This document shows, piece by piece, positions 47,121 to 55,844 of a DNA stretch of 64,000 bases. The DNA is from Escherichia phage SF, in sequence record MH359124; one strand, given 5' to 3'. Below the pieces are notes generated by a model. It ran no database searches, had not been told where the DNA came from, and saw only the letters and a program-made list of their open reading frames with translations. The number at the start of each line of letters is the position of its first letter. Within the stretch, counting starts at the first letter, position 1. A program made the translations under genes and the position numbers.

Positions 47121-48430
47121 CATTTGATGATTTGACTGAAGGTCAGAAAAACGCCTTCAACGTTGTTATGAACGCCATTAAAGAAAAGAAACATCACGTA
47201 ACTATTAATGGGCCTGCTGGCACAGGTAAAACAACCCTTACTAGATTCATCGTTGAAGCCCTTATTTCTTCTGGAGAATCAGGTATTATTTTAGCAGCCC
47301 CTACACATGCTGCTAAAAAGGTTCTAAGCAAACTTGCGGGTCAAGAAGCATCGACTATTCATAGCATTCTTAAAATCAACCCAACTACATACGAAGAAAA
47401 CGTATTGTTTGAACAGAAAAAGGTCCCCGACTTAGCCTTGTGCCGTGTACTGTTATTTGATGAAGCGTCAATGTGCGACCGTTCTCTGTTTAAAATAATG
47501 TTAGCTAGTATCCCTAAATGGTGTACAGTAATTGGAATCGGCGACCGATGCCAGATTCGTCCGGTAGACCCAGGCGAATCAACTGCGTATCTAAGTCCTT
47601 TCTTCACTCACAAAGACTTCGTGCAATGCAACCTTACAGAAGTTAAACGTAGCAATGCACCAATTATTGATGTTGCGACTGATATTCGTAATGGTAAATG
47701 GATTTACGATAAAGTAGTTGATGGACACGGTGTTCATGGATATACAGACCTTAAATCGTATATGATGAACTATTTTAACGTCGTTAAAACTCCTGAAGAC
47801 CTTTTCGAAAATCGAATGATGGCATTCACAAATAAGTCGGTGGACAAGTTAAATTCAATTATTCGCCGAAAACTTCTTGAAACAGAAAAACCGTTTATTA
47901 AAGACGAGGTCATTGTTCTACAAGAGCCATTTACTAAGACATATAAGCTAGATGGTAAAAATATGACCGAAATGCTTTTCAATAACGGCCAATTCGTTCG
48001 TATTCGAGATGCTGTAGAAACGTCTACATTCGTTAAAGCACGTGGTGTTTCAGGCGAATATATGATACGATACTGGAATCTTACAGTAGAAACATATGGG
48101 GATGATGAAGAATACATCCGCGAAGATATAAAGGTTATTTCTTCTGAAGAAGAGCTTTATAAATTCAATTTGTTTTTAGCTAAGACCGCAGAAACATACA
48201 AATTTTGGAATAAAGGTGGTAAAGCTCCATGGAGCGAATTCTGGGATGCTAAACGTATGTTCACTAAGGTGAAGGCACTACCAGTATCAACCTTCCATAA
48301 AGCCCAGGGTATGTCTGTTGACACAGCCTTTGTTTATACACCGTGTATCCATTATGCCGATTCAGAATTAGCTAAACAGTTATTGTATGTCGGCACAACT
48401 CGTGGTCGTTTTGACGTCCATTTTATTTGA
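47117..48430 (+). CDS. dda: DNA helicase Dda (SF1B)
   Basis: MTFDDLTEGQKNAFN..., Walker A GPAGTGKTT, matches T4 Dda. Confidence 0.95.
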   Translation: MTFDDLTEGQKNAFNVVMNAIKEKKHHVTINGPAGTGKTTLTRFIVEALISSGESGIILAAPTHAAKKVLSKLAGQEASTIHSILKINPTTYEENVLFEQKKVPDLALCRVLLFDEASMCDRSLFKIMLASIPKWCTVIGIGDRCQIRPVDPGESTAYLSPFFTHKDFVQCNLTEVKRSNAPIIDVATDIRNGKWIYDKVVDGHGVHGYTDLKSYMMNYFNVVKTPEDLFENRMMAFTNKSVDKLNSIIRRKLLETEKPFIKDEVIVLQEPFTKTYKLDGKNMTEMLFNNGQFVRIRDAVETSTFVKARGVSGEYMIRYWNLTVETYGDDEEYIREDIKVISSEEELYKFNLFLAKTAETYKFWNKGGKAPWSEFWDAKRMFTKVKALPVSTFHKAQGMSVDTAFVYTPCIHYADSELAKQLLYVGTTRGRFDVHFI

Positions 48431-48439
48431 GAGAAAATT

Positions 48440-49117
48440 ATGAGCACTGATGTTATTATAGATTTTGAAACATTCGGCAATACATCAAAAGCGGCTGTTA
48501 TTGACCTTGCGGTTATTGCATATAATTCCGACCCTGAAGTTGTTGAATCATTTGAAGAACTTGTTCAACGAGGTAAGCGAATTAAATTTAATCTAGCTTC
48601 TCAGAAAGGGAAGCGAGTTTTCGCTAAATCTACTATGAAATGGTGGAAAGAACAATCGGCTGAAGCACGTAAAAACTTGGCTCCGTCTGAAGACGATGTC
48701 ACTACGCTTGAAGGCATTAAAATCTTTTTAGATTATTGCCGAGCTAATAAAGTTGACCAATGGAAATCACAGATGTGGTGCCGTGGTATGAGCTTTGACT
48801 TCCCGATCTTGGTCGATTTGATTCGTGACCTCTATCGTGATGAAGGTGTTCCTGAACCAGAGATTGATACTGATAAATTAGAACCGGTTAAATTCTGGGC
48901 TCAACGCGATATTCGTACGGCAATCGAAGCTTACTCGTTGACACGAGGATTAAGTATGTGTCCATTACCGATAGGTACGCTAAAAGGATTCGTTGCCCAT
49001 GATAGTATTCATGATTGTGCTAAAGATATTTTGATGTTAAAATATGCTCAGCGTTATGCGCTTGGTCTTGAAGATGTCCCTGAGAATCCAGACCCGTTAA
49101 GTGTAAAACAGCGATAA
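48440..49117 (+). CDS. dexA: Exonuclease A (DnaQ-like 3'-5' exonuclease)
   Basis: Synteny after dda; N-terminal IDFETFG exo I motif. Confidence 0.85.
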   Translation: MSTDVIIDFETFGNTSKAAVIDLAVIAYNSDPEVVESFEELVQRGKRIKFNLASQKGKRVFAKSTMKWWKEQSAEARKNLAPSEDDVTTLEGIKIFLDYCRANKVDQWKSQMWCRGMSFDFPILVDLIRDLYRDEGVPEPEIDTDKLEPVKFWAQRDIRTAIEAYSLTRGLSMCPLPIGTLKGFVAHDSIHDCAKDILMLKYAQRYALGLEDVPENPDPLSVKQR

Positions 49118-49166
49118 AATCAGTTTACAACCAAGGACGGTTGGAGTATAATCTTTCTATCTTAAC
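49117..49166 (+). repeat. Second copy of the 50-bp promoter cassette identical to 7311-7360
   Basis: Base-by-base identity. Confidence 0.8.
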
Positions 49167-49183
49167 CAAACAGGAAAAACATT

Positions 49184-49678
49184 ATGAATATCAATACTAC
49201 GGCTACTTACATCCTGAAAGACGAAAAACAAATCAACTGGTACGGTGCTTCAGTGCGAGCTTATGAAAAGTTTTGTGAAATTTTAGGTGCCACTCAAGGT
49301 AATAGTTTCACTATTGTTAACTTCATTAAACAAGCTGAAGGCCCTTGGTTATTCTTAGAAATTAAAAATTCATATGGTACAATTTCTACTACTGCCATTC
49401 CAAGCACCGACTTTGAACTCTTGATTGAAGAAGTAGAACCCGTTAAAGACATCTGTATTGATATGGATATCGCTTGTATGTACGGTACTCTGATTAAGCA
49501 TATTGAGCCTACTGATTTATTGTGTAAATATGTTTCAATTCGACGCCCATTCGCTGGTCCAGTAAATGGATGGGTAACTGACCAATGGATTGAAGACGGT
49601 GTTGAACTTCTGAACGTTGTTCACGCAAGTGATTTTAGTGTAGTTCCACGTAGTGCTGTGGTTAATATCCTTAATTAA
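49184..49678 (+). CDS. Hypothetical protein, member 1 of tandem paralog triplet
   Basis: Shares C-terminal block DQWIEDGVELLNVVHASDFSVVP with the next two ORFs. Confidence 0.6.
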   Translation: MNINTTATYILKDEKQINWYGASVRAYEKFCEILGATQGNSFTIVNFIKQAEGPWLFLEIKNSYGTISTTAIPSTDFELLIEEVEPVKDICIDMDIACMYGTLIKHIEPTDLLCKYVSIRRPFAGPVNGWVTDQWIEDGVELLNVVHASDFSVVPRSAVVNILN

Positions 49679-49741
49679 TGTTGTACATCCAAGGACGGAT
49701 GGAGTATAATGAATTCAATTTAACAAAGAGAGAGAGAAATT

Positions 49742-50197
49742 ATGATTACTATTGGTGAAATTAAGCGTGTATCAATTGCATCCCGGTCTAAAGCCGCAGG
49801 TCGTCTGGTTGAAGTTATCGGACTTCGCACAAATGGCATGGGACGTATTAAAGAAGTTAAAGTTCGAATCATTCCTAGTTTTGGACGTCAGGATACTCAG
49901 TACGCTTACGTAAGTCCTAAATTCTTGGAAACTCCTGTGAGCGCTCATTTTGCTTCCACTGAACCTAATGTACAGTTCAAATGGGCCCTTTGCAAAGGCG
50001 TTGAATTCCAGACTGATAAAGAATTTGACTTCATCGATGAATACGGTTATCCAAGCAAAACTGATACTATGTGTGGCTTCATTAGTGACCAATGGGTTGA
50101 AGATGGTGAAAAGTTATACAATATCGTATTCTTAGGTGACTTCCGAGTTGTTAAAGAATCTGAAATCACTCGCTATGTGTCTCCTCGTAAAGCTTAA
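49742..50197 (+). CDS. Hypothetical protein, member 2 of tandem paralog triplet
   Basis: SIASRSKAAGRLVEV and DQWVEDGEKLYNIVFLGDFRVV shared. Confidence 0.6.
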   Translation: MITIGEIKRVSIASRSKAAGRLVEVIGLRTNGMGRIKEVKVRIIPSFGRQDTQYAYVSPKFLETPVSAHFASTEPNVQFKWALCKGVEFQTDKEFDFIDEYGYPSKTDTMCGFISDQWVEDGEKLYNIVFLGDFRVVKESEITRYVSPRKA

Positions 50198-50206
50198 GGA
50201 ATTATT

Positions 50207-50626
50207 ATGAATATTGTAAATCTCTCTACAAGTGATTACGTATATGTATCTGTTGCTTCTCGCTCTAAAGTTGCTGGGAAGTTGGTTGAAGTTCTTTCTG
50301 TAAGTTGTGGACTCTTTAGTCCACATCAAGTTAAAGTTCGTGATGCTGATGGCAACATTGGCTACGTCTCAAGCCAATTCATTGAACCAGAAGAAAAAGC
50401 GTTCAAATGGGGACTATGCAGATCGGTTTCTGTTGAAAAAGACCATGAATTCACTATTGCTGCGGCAACTGATGGAACGCCGTGGAAAACTAAGCAAATC
50501 GCCGGATTTATTAGTGACCGTTGGGTAGAAGATGGTGTTAAGCTTTATAACATCGTTTTCGCTGGACAGTTCATGGTAGTTCCTGAATTCCAAATTAAAA
50601 AATATAGCCCAGCTGCTTTCGCATAA
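50207..50626 (+). CDS. Hypothetical protein, member 3 of tandem paralog triplet
   Basis: SVASRSKVAGKLVEV and DRWVEDGVKLYNIVFAGQFMVV shared. Confidence 0.6.
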   Translation: MNIVNLSTSDYVYVSVASRSKVAGKLVEVLSVSCGLFSPHQVKVRDADGNIGYVSSQFIEPEEKAFKWGLCRSVSVEKDHEFTIAAATDGTPWKTKQIAGFISDRWVEDGVKLYNIVFAGQFMVVPEFQIKKYSPAAFA

Positions 50627-50630
50627 AGTT

Positions 50631-50681
50631 GTTTACTTCTCCTCTGGTTTTGATATTATAACCATATCAACCAGAGGAGAA
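50631..50681 (+). promoter_or_regulatory. Early promoter cassette with perfect 13-bp inverted repeat TTCTCCTCTGGTT/AACCAGAGGAGAA spanning promoter and SD
   Basis: Arms at 50637-50649 and 50669-50681. Confidence 0.6.
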
Positions 50682-50685
50682 TAAT

Positions 50686-51210
50686 ATGTTAGTTTACCGC
50701 GTAGAACGTAGTTTTTGTACTCAACGTGAATCATTACCAGGAATTGCTATCGAAGACGGTAAAGCCGTCAGAATTTGGGAAACCTCTTGGAATAAAGAAC
50801 CTCGTTCGCCATACGGTTGGTCGGGCACCGACAACTCTGAAGAAACATGGGAGTTCCTTGATAAGCATGGAATACTCTCAGGTAACTTCTACCATCATGG
50901 CGACAACTACAATGTCTCTAATCGTCCTACAGTAAATGAAGACAAACTCCTTGAACAAAATATCTTAAGATACTATAGAATTGAGCACACATTTGAATTG
51001 AGTGAAGATTGGGCTCAAGGGTTCTATTTTGGATTTGAAAGTGTTGACGCGGTTTATGCATGGTTTGATGACCAGGTGGATGTTGAACTCTTGAAAGCTA
51101 AAGGATACTACATAGCGGTCTATGAAGCACCTGATTTCATCCTCGGAAGTTGTCAATTAATGTTTAGACGTTCATTGGCAGAACAAGTTGATTTTATTTT
51201 GCTAAAATGA
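50686..51210 (+). CDS. Hypothetical protein (motB position)
   Basis: ORF; synteny only. Confidence 0.45.
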   Translation: MLVYRVERSFCTQRESLPGIAIEDGKAVRIWETSWNKEPRSPYGWSGTDNSEETWEFLDKHGILSGNFYHHGDNYNVSNRPTVNEDKLLEQNILRYYRIEHTFELSEDWAQGFYFGFESVDAVYAWFDDQVDVELLKAKGYYIAVYEAPDFILGSCQLMFRRSLAEQVDFILLK

Positions 51211-51267
51211 TGTACAACAACTATGGTCTATGATACTATAGACCTATCAAAACAAGAGGAGAATATT

Positions 51268-51495
51268 ATGAAACGTCAAATCATTAAAAACGTAACTACT
51301 GATTCAAACATCGATGAGTTTGAAGATGTTCTGTTTAATCCTGATTTAGTTGTTGTACAGAAAAACTGGACCGAATTTTTATGCTACACTGAAGTGGTTT
51401 ACGTTTACGAAAAACTCGGCGATGAAATGCCTATCTATGGTATCTTCCGTGAAATCACTGAAAATGGTACAACTTATTGGAAGGAAACTTACTAA
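51268..51495 (+). CDS. Hypothetical protein
   Basis: ORF with GAGGAG SD. Confidence 0.5.
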   Translation: MKRQIIKNVTTDSNIDEFEDVLFNPDLVVVQKNWTEFLCYTEVVYVYEKLGDEMPIYGIFREITENGTTYWKETY

Positions 51496-51905
51496 TGGCT
51501 AATAAATTCCGCGTTAACTCATGGTACCAATTTATAGATAAACGTGCCCAAGAAGAGTTTATTAAAGACCACACTGATAATGGGATTTATGCACGACGTC
51601 TTGGCATGGAACCATTTAAAGTATTAGATGTTGACCATCTTGGACGTCCTACTAAAATTGTGACATCTACTGGCACGGTTGGATACGCAACAGGCGGTGA
51701 TATCCTTGATGAAAACTTTATCTGGCTCTCCACGAATGAATCAGAGTTCTTTGACGAAGTTGAAAATCCATATCAAGCGTCCGAAGAGCAAGATTCTGGT
51801 AAACTTGACGAATTGTCTGAATTTCCAGTGATGACGATTACTATCGAAAATAACGACCAGGCATGGTCTTTGTATCAAATGTTGAAAGCACATTTTAAGG
51901 AATAA
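51495..51905 (+). CDS. Hypothetical protein
   Basis: ORF; TAATG coupling. Confidence 0.5.
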   Translation: MANKFRVNSWYQFIDKRAQEEFIKDHTDNGIYARRLGMEPFKVLDVDHLGRPTKIVTSTGTVGYATGGDILDENFIWLSTNESEFFDEVENPYQASEEQDSGKLDELSEFPVMTITIENNDQAWSLYQMLKAHFKE

Positions 51906-51907
51906 TA

Positions 51908-52087
51908 ATGCCATTATACGACTATAAATGTCAATCTGAAGATTGTGGCCATGAATATGAAAAAATTAAAAGAATTTCTGAACGAGAAAACGATGTTTGC
52001 CCTGAATGTCATCGTTTGTCTACTCGTCGGGTTTCTGCTCCTAAACATGTGAACGGTGGTTTTTACGACTTACTTAAGAAGGGATAA
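51908..52087 (+). CDS. FmdB-type zinc-ribbon protein (59 aa, below ORF-track cutoff)
   Basis: MPLYDYKCQSEDCGHEY...CPECH: two CxxC pairs. Confidence 0.5.
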   Translation: MPLYDYKCQSEDCGHEYEKIKRISERENDVCPECHRLSTRRVSAPKHVNGGFYDLLKKG

Positions 52088-52089
52088 TT

Positions 52090-52515
52090 ATGGCTTTTAA
52101 AGGTTTTGAAGTTGGTAAGAAATATCGTATTATCAAAGGACAGGAAGATAATTTCTTGAGAATTCTTAATACGACTGGTAAACGTCTTAATACTAATCTG
52201 CATACTACTTTATTGTCCAAAGATTTTATTGTGGAAGAGATGATTGGTTACGGCGTTTCGGTTATTGCCGTAGAAGCCGTAGGCGATTATGGCCGAACTA
52301 TTCATAGTATGCAAGGTGATATTCTGCTTTATGGTGCAGAATTTAAATTCTTTGAAGAAGTTCCGGAACCAGATACATCTGTCGATTTCAAAAAAGGCTC
52401 TGTAGAATTTGTTGACGGTTCGGTGATCGTATCAGGTGATGTGGTCATTACAGTTAAAAGTGAACAAGGGCGTTTGGCTGCAATTGATGCACTTCAGAAA
52501 ATTAAATTTAAATAA
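52090..52515 (+). CDS. Hypothetical protein
   Basis: ORF. Confidence 0.5.
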   Translation: MAFKGFEVGKKYRIIKGQEDNFLRILNTTGKRLNTNLHTTLLSKDFIVEEMIGYGVSVIAVEAVGDYGRTIHSMQGDILLYGAEFKFFEEVPEPDTSVDFKKGSVEFVDGSVIVSGDVVITVKSEQGRLAAIDALQKIKFK

Positions 52516-52532
52516 GGGCTTCGGCCCTTTTT
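52516..52532 (+). terminator. UUCG-tetraloop terminator (GGGC-TTCG-GCCC followed by T5)
   Basis: Seen in sequence. Confidence 0.65.
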
Positions 52533-52556
52533 GCTTTAGATTTCGGATGATAGAAT
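52531..52556 (+). promoter_or_regulatory. MotA-box middle promoter (TGCTTTA, 12 nt, TAGAAT) for gene 39
   Basis: Near-identical to the gene 47 promoter at 18410-18433. Confidence 0.55.
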
Positions 52557-52578
52557 ACCTTCATAACGAGGAGACGAC

Positions 52579-54396
52579 ATGATTAAAAATGAAATTAAGG
52601 TATTGTCAGACGTAGAACATATTAAGAAACGTAGTGGCATGTATATTGGTTCTTCGGCCAAAGAAGCCCATGAGCGTTTTTTGTTTGGTAAATATCAACA
52701 AGTTGAATATGTTCCTGGTCTGGTTAAATTAATCGATGAGATTATTGACAACTCGGTTGATGAAGCTATTCGTACATCATTTAAGTTTGCAAATAAAATT
52801 GATGTGCAAATTAAAAATAATCAAGTTTCGGTGGAAGATAACGGACGTGGTATTCCTCAAGGTTTAGTTACTGACCAAACAGGTGAACAAATTCCTGGGC
52901 CTGTAGCAGCCTGGACTATTCCAAAGGCTGGCGGTAACTTTGGTGATGACTCTGAACGTAAGACCGGTGGTATGAACGGCGTCGGGAGTAGTTTAACTAA
53001 TATCTTCTCTACGTTGTTTACAGGCATCACGTCAGATGGCGAAAATGAAATCACTGTTAACTGTTCAAACGGAATGGAAAACAAATCATGGTCTTCTAAG
53101 AAATCTAAAGGTAAAGGCACTAAAGTAATCTTCACTCCTGATTTCTCTTCATTTGAAGAGCATAATTTATCTCAAATTTATTTAGATATTACTTTAGACC
53201 GACTTCAAACATTGGCAGTCGTTTATCCTGATATCAAGTTCACATTTAATGGTAAAAAGGTTGATGGTAATTTTAAACGATTTGCTAAACAATTTGGCGA
53301 AGATAACATCATTCAAGAAAATGATAAAGTCTCTATAGCATTCACAACATCACCAGATGGCTTCCGTCATTTAACTTATGTGAATAACATCCATACTAAA
53401 AATGGCGGTCATCACGTTGAATGTGTAATGGATGATATCTGCGAACATCTTTTGCCTGGTATTAAAAAGAAATATAAGGGTATTGAAGTCACTAAAGCTC
53501 GTGTTAAAGAATGTCTCACAATGTTGATGTTTATTAGAGACATGAGCAACATGCGTTTTGATTCTCAGACTAAAGAACGTTTAACGTCAACGTATGGCGA
53601 TATTCGTAATCATATCCAATTAGATACTAAGAAAATTGCTCAGGCACTTCTTAAAAACGAAGCCTTGATTATGCCTATTGTTGAAGCAGCATTAGCTCGT
53701 AAATTGGCAGCAGAAAAAGCTGCAGAAACTAAAGCAGCTAAAAAGGCAACTAAAGCTAAGGTTCATAAGCATATTAAAGCTAACCAATGTGGTAAAGATG
53801 CAGATACGACATTGTTTTTAACAGAAGGTGATTCTGCAATTGGTTATCTCATTGATGTTCGTGACCGTGAACTACACGGCGGATTTCCATTACGTGGTAA
53901 GGTGATGAATAGCTGGGGTATGTCATATGCTGATATGATGAAGAACAAAGAGCTCTTTGATATCTGTGCTATCACAGGTCTTATTCTTGGTGAAAAGGCA
54001 GAGAATACGAACTATCGTAATATTGCAATTATGACCGATGCCGATCATGACGGTCTTGGAAGTATTTATCCGGCTTTGCTTGCTTTCTTTAGTAATTGGC
54101 CTGAATTGTTTGAACAAGGACGTATTCGCTTTGTTAAAACGCCTGTAATTATTGCACAAATTGGCAAAACTCAAAAATGGTTTTATACTGTAACTGAGTA
54201 TGAAGAAGCTAAAGATACACTGCCTAAGCATAGTATTCGATACATCAAAGGATTGGGCTCCCTTGAAAAGTCAGAATATCGTGAAATGATTCAGAACCCT
54301 GTGTACGACGTAGTTAAACTTCCTGAAAATTGGAAAGAACTCTTTGAAATGTTGTTGGGTGATGATTCAGAACTTCGTAAAGAATGGATGTCCTAA
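52579..54396 (+). CDS. 39: DNA topoisomerase II large subunit, contiguous gp39+gp60 equivalent (GyrB-like)
   Basis: 605 aa single ORF with ATPase N-terminus and TOPRIM C-terminus. Confidence 0.9.
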   Translation: MIKNEIKVLSDVEHIKKRSGMYIGSSAKEAHERFLFGKYQQVEYVPGLVKLIDEIIDNSVDEAIRTSFKFANKIDVQIKNNQVSVEDNGRGIPQGLVTDQTGEQIPGPVAAWTIPKAGGNFGDDSERKTGGMNGVGSSLTNIFSTLFTGITSDGENEITVNCSNGMENKSWSSKKSKGKGTKVIFTPDFSSFEEHNLSQIYLDITLDRLQTLAVVYPDIKFTFNGKKVDGNFKRFAKQFGEDNIIQENDKVSIAFTTSPDGFRHLTYVNNIHTKNGGHHVECVMDDICEHLLPGIKKKYKGIEVTKARVKECLTMLMFIRDMSNMRFDSQTKERLTSTYGDIRNHIQLDTKKIAQALLKNEALIMPIVEAALARKLAAEKAAETKAAKKATKAKVHKHIKANQCGKDADTTLFLTEGDSAIGYLIDVRDRELHGGFPLRGKVMNSWGMSYADMMKNKELFDICAITGLILGEKAENTNYRNIAIMTDADHDGLGSIYPALLAFFSNWPELFEQGRIRFVKTPVIIAQIGKTQKWFYTVTEYEEAKDTLPKHSIRYIKGLGSLEKSEYREMIQNPVYDVVKLPENWKELFEMLLGDDSELRKEWMS

Positions 54397-54418
54397 GCTC
54401 CTTCGGGAGCTTCATTTT
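54397..54418 (+). terminator. UUCG-tetraloop hairpin (AGCTCC-TTCG-GGAGCT)
   Basis: Seen in sequence. Confidence 0.5.
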
Positions 54419-54438
54419 AATTTTAATAAGGCTTAATT

Positions 54439-55539
54439 ATGAAAGTTATGTTTATCCCATCTCGTGCAGTCCCATTTAATCCTGACCGTGTACAAGGTGG
54501 TCTTGAAGCAGTACATTTAAATGTGCTGAAATATTTAGTTTCTATTGGTGCCGATATTGATTATATCGGTTTTGATAATGACACGTTTGGTGACTGGAAA
54601 GTTACACACCACCCTGTTGGACATCTGACTAAATTCAGTCTAGGTATGAGTTATACTATGGCTCGTAAGATTGTTGAACTAGCCGGCATCCATGAATACG
54701 ATTTTGTTGTTACTATGGAACCGACTAAACTAACCGTTCAGGCAATTAAAGACGCAGGTCTCTCTAAAGTTCATAAGAATTTTATGGCAACACCATTTGA
54801 ACCTGTATCTCGTGGCATTGTTCAAATTTGGGACCAGACTATTCAAATTCATAAGAATGGTGGTAAGAGTTATGCTCCTACTAAAGCCTTCCGTGAATTT
54901 GAACGCAAATATTGTTATATGACTTCAGGTCTGACTGACAAAATTGATTATGATTATTGGCGAGCAAATCCGTTGTTTGAAGCCGAAGATTATCCGGTTA
55001 TTTGTTTGAATGAGAAACCTGAAGTTCTTCCTGCGACTGATCTGATTATTAGTGCACAACGTTATGACACTAAAATGCGTCGTACTGATGTTGCTCTTGA
55101 AGCGATTAAAGCACTAGGCGAAAATGGTGTAGGATACTGTCCAAGCAAATGGGCACCACCAGCTAAATATCCTGTTATTATTGATGCTCCACACAGTGAA
55201 ATCATGGAACGTCTTAAAACAGCTAAAGCACTTATTAATACGTGTCCTGACACAGGTACGGTAGAGAATAGTTCTATTGAAGCCATCTCTAAAGGTGTCC
55301 CTGTAATCCAGTTAGTTTTTAAGGATTATCCTCATGCGACATTCGAATACGACCCAGATACTGTGCGTGTAGAAATTGATTCCTCTACTCCTAAGAAAGA
55401 AGTAGTTGCGCTTTACACAAAAGCTGTATTAGAATTCACTGACACATACGAAGCTCGAGTTAAACGTGCTGAAGCAGTATGGAAGAAGTATAACCGAGAT
55501 GCAGTTGTTGCGATGTGGGATAAAATCTTCACAGCGTAA
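54439..55539 (+). CDS. GT-B-fold glycosyltransferase (GT4-like), candidate DNA hydroxymethylcytosine glycosyl(arabinosyl)transferase
   Basis: C-terminal GTVENSSIEAISKGVPVI resembles the GT4 EX7E region; inserted between 39 and rIIA where T4 has only a small ORF. Confidence 0.6.
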   Translation: MKVMFIPSRAVPFNPDRVQGGLEAVHLNVLKYLVSIGADIDYIGFDNDTFGDWKVTHHPVGHLTKFSLGMSYTMARKIVELAGIHEYDFVVTMEPTKLTVQAIKDAGLSKVHKNFMATPFEPVSRGIVQIWDQTIQIHKNGGKSYAPTKAFREFERKYCYMTSGLTDKIDYDYWRANPLFEAEDYPVICLNEKPEVLPATDLIISAQRYDTKMRRTDVALEAIKALGENGVGYCPSKWAPPAKYPVIIDAPHSEIMERLKTAKALINTCPDTGTVENSSIEAISKGVPVIQLVFKDYPHATFEYDPDTVRVEIDSSTPKKEVVALYTKAVLEFTDTYEARVKRAEAVWKKYNRDAVVAMWDKIFTA

Positions 55540-55631
55540 ATCCTGAATAGCCTGAGGCACTATTACACATAAGATGATAGATTATATGGTCTTTAGTAAT
55601 AGTGCCCTAGGAATCTACTGAAGAGAATATT

Positions 55632-55832
55632 ATGAGAACATATAACGTGGACTTGGAACTTTTTGATAAAGCTGTGCTCCGGGAATTCCGGCTTATCCAA
55701 AGGTTTTTTGATATCGAGTCAGCTGAAGCCTTTAAAGAACGCTTTAAGGAAATTCGATATAAAATACAAACCGATACAGCTACTAAAGAAGAACTTCTTG
55801 AAGTAGCAGAAATTTTTAAACGTAACTTGTGA
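55632..55832 (+). CDS. Hypothetical protein (rIIA.1 position)
   Basis: ORF. Confidence 0.45.
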   Translation: MRTYNVDLELFDKAVLREFRLIQRFFDIESAEAFKERFKEIRYKIQTDTATKEELLEVAEIFKRNL

Positions 55833-55844
55833 TGAGAGAAAAAT

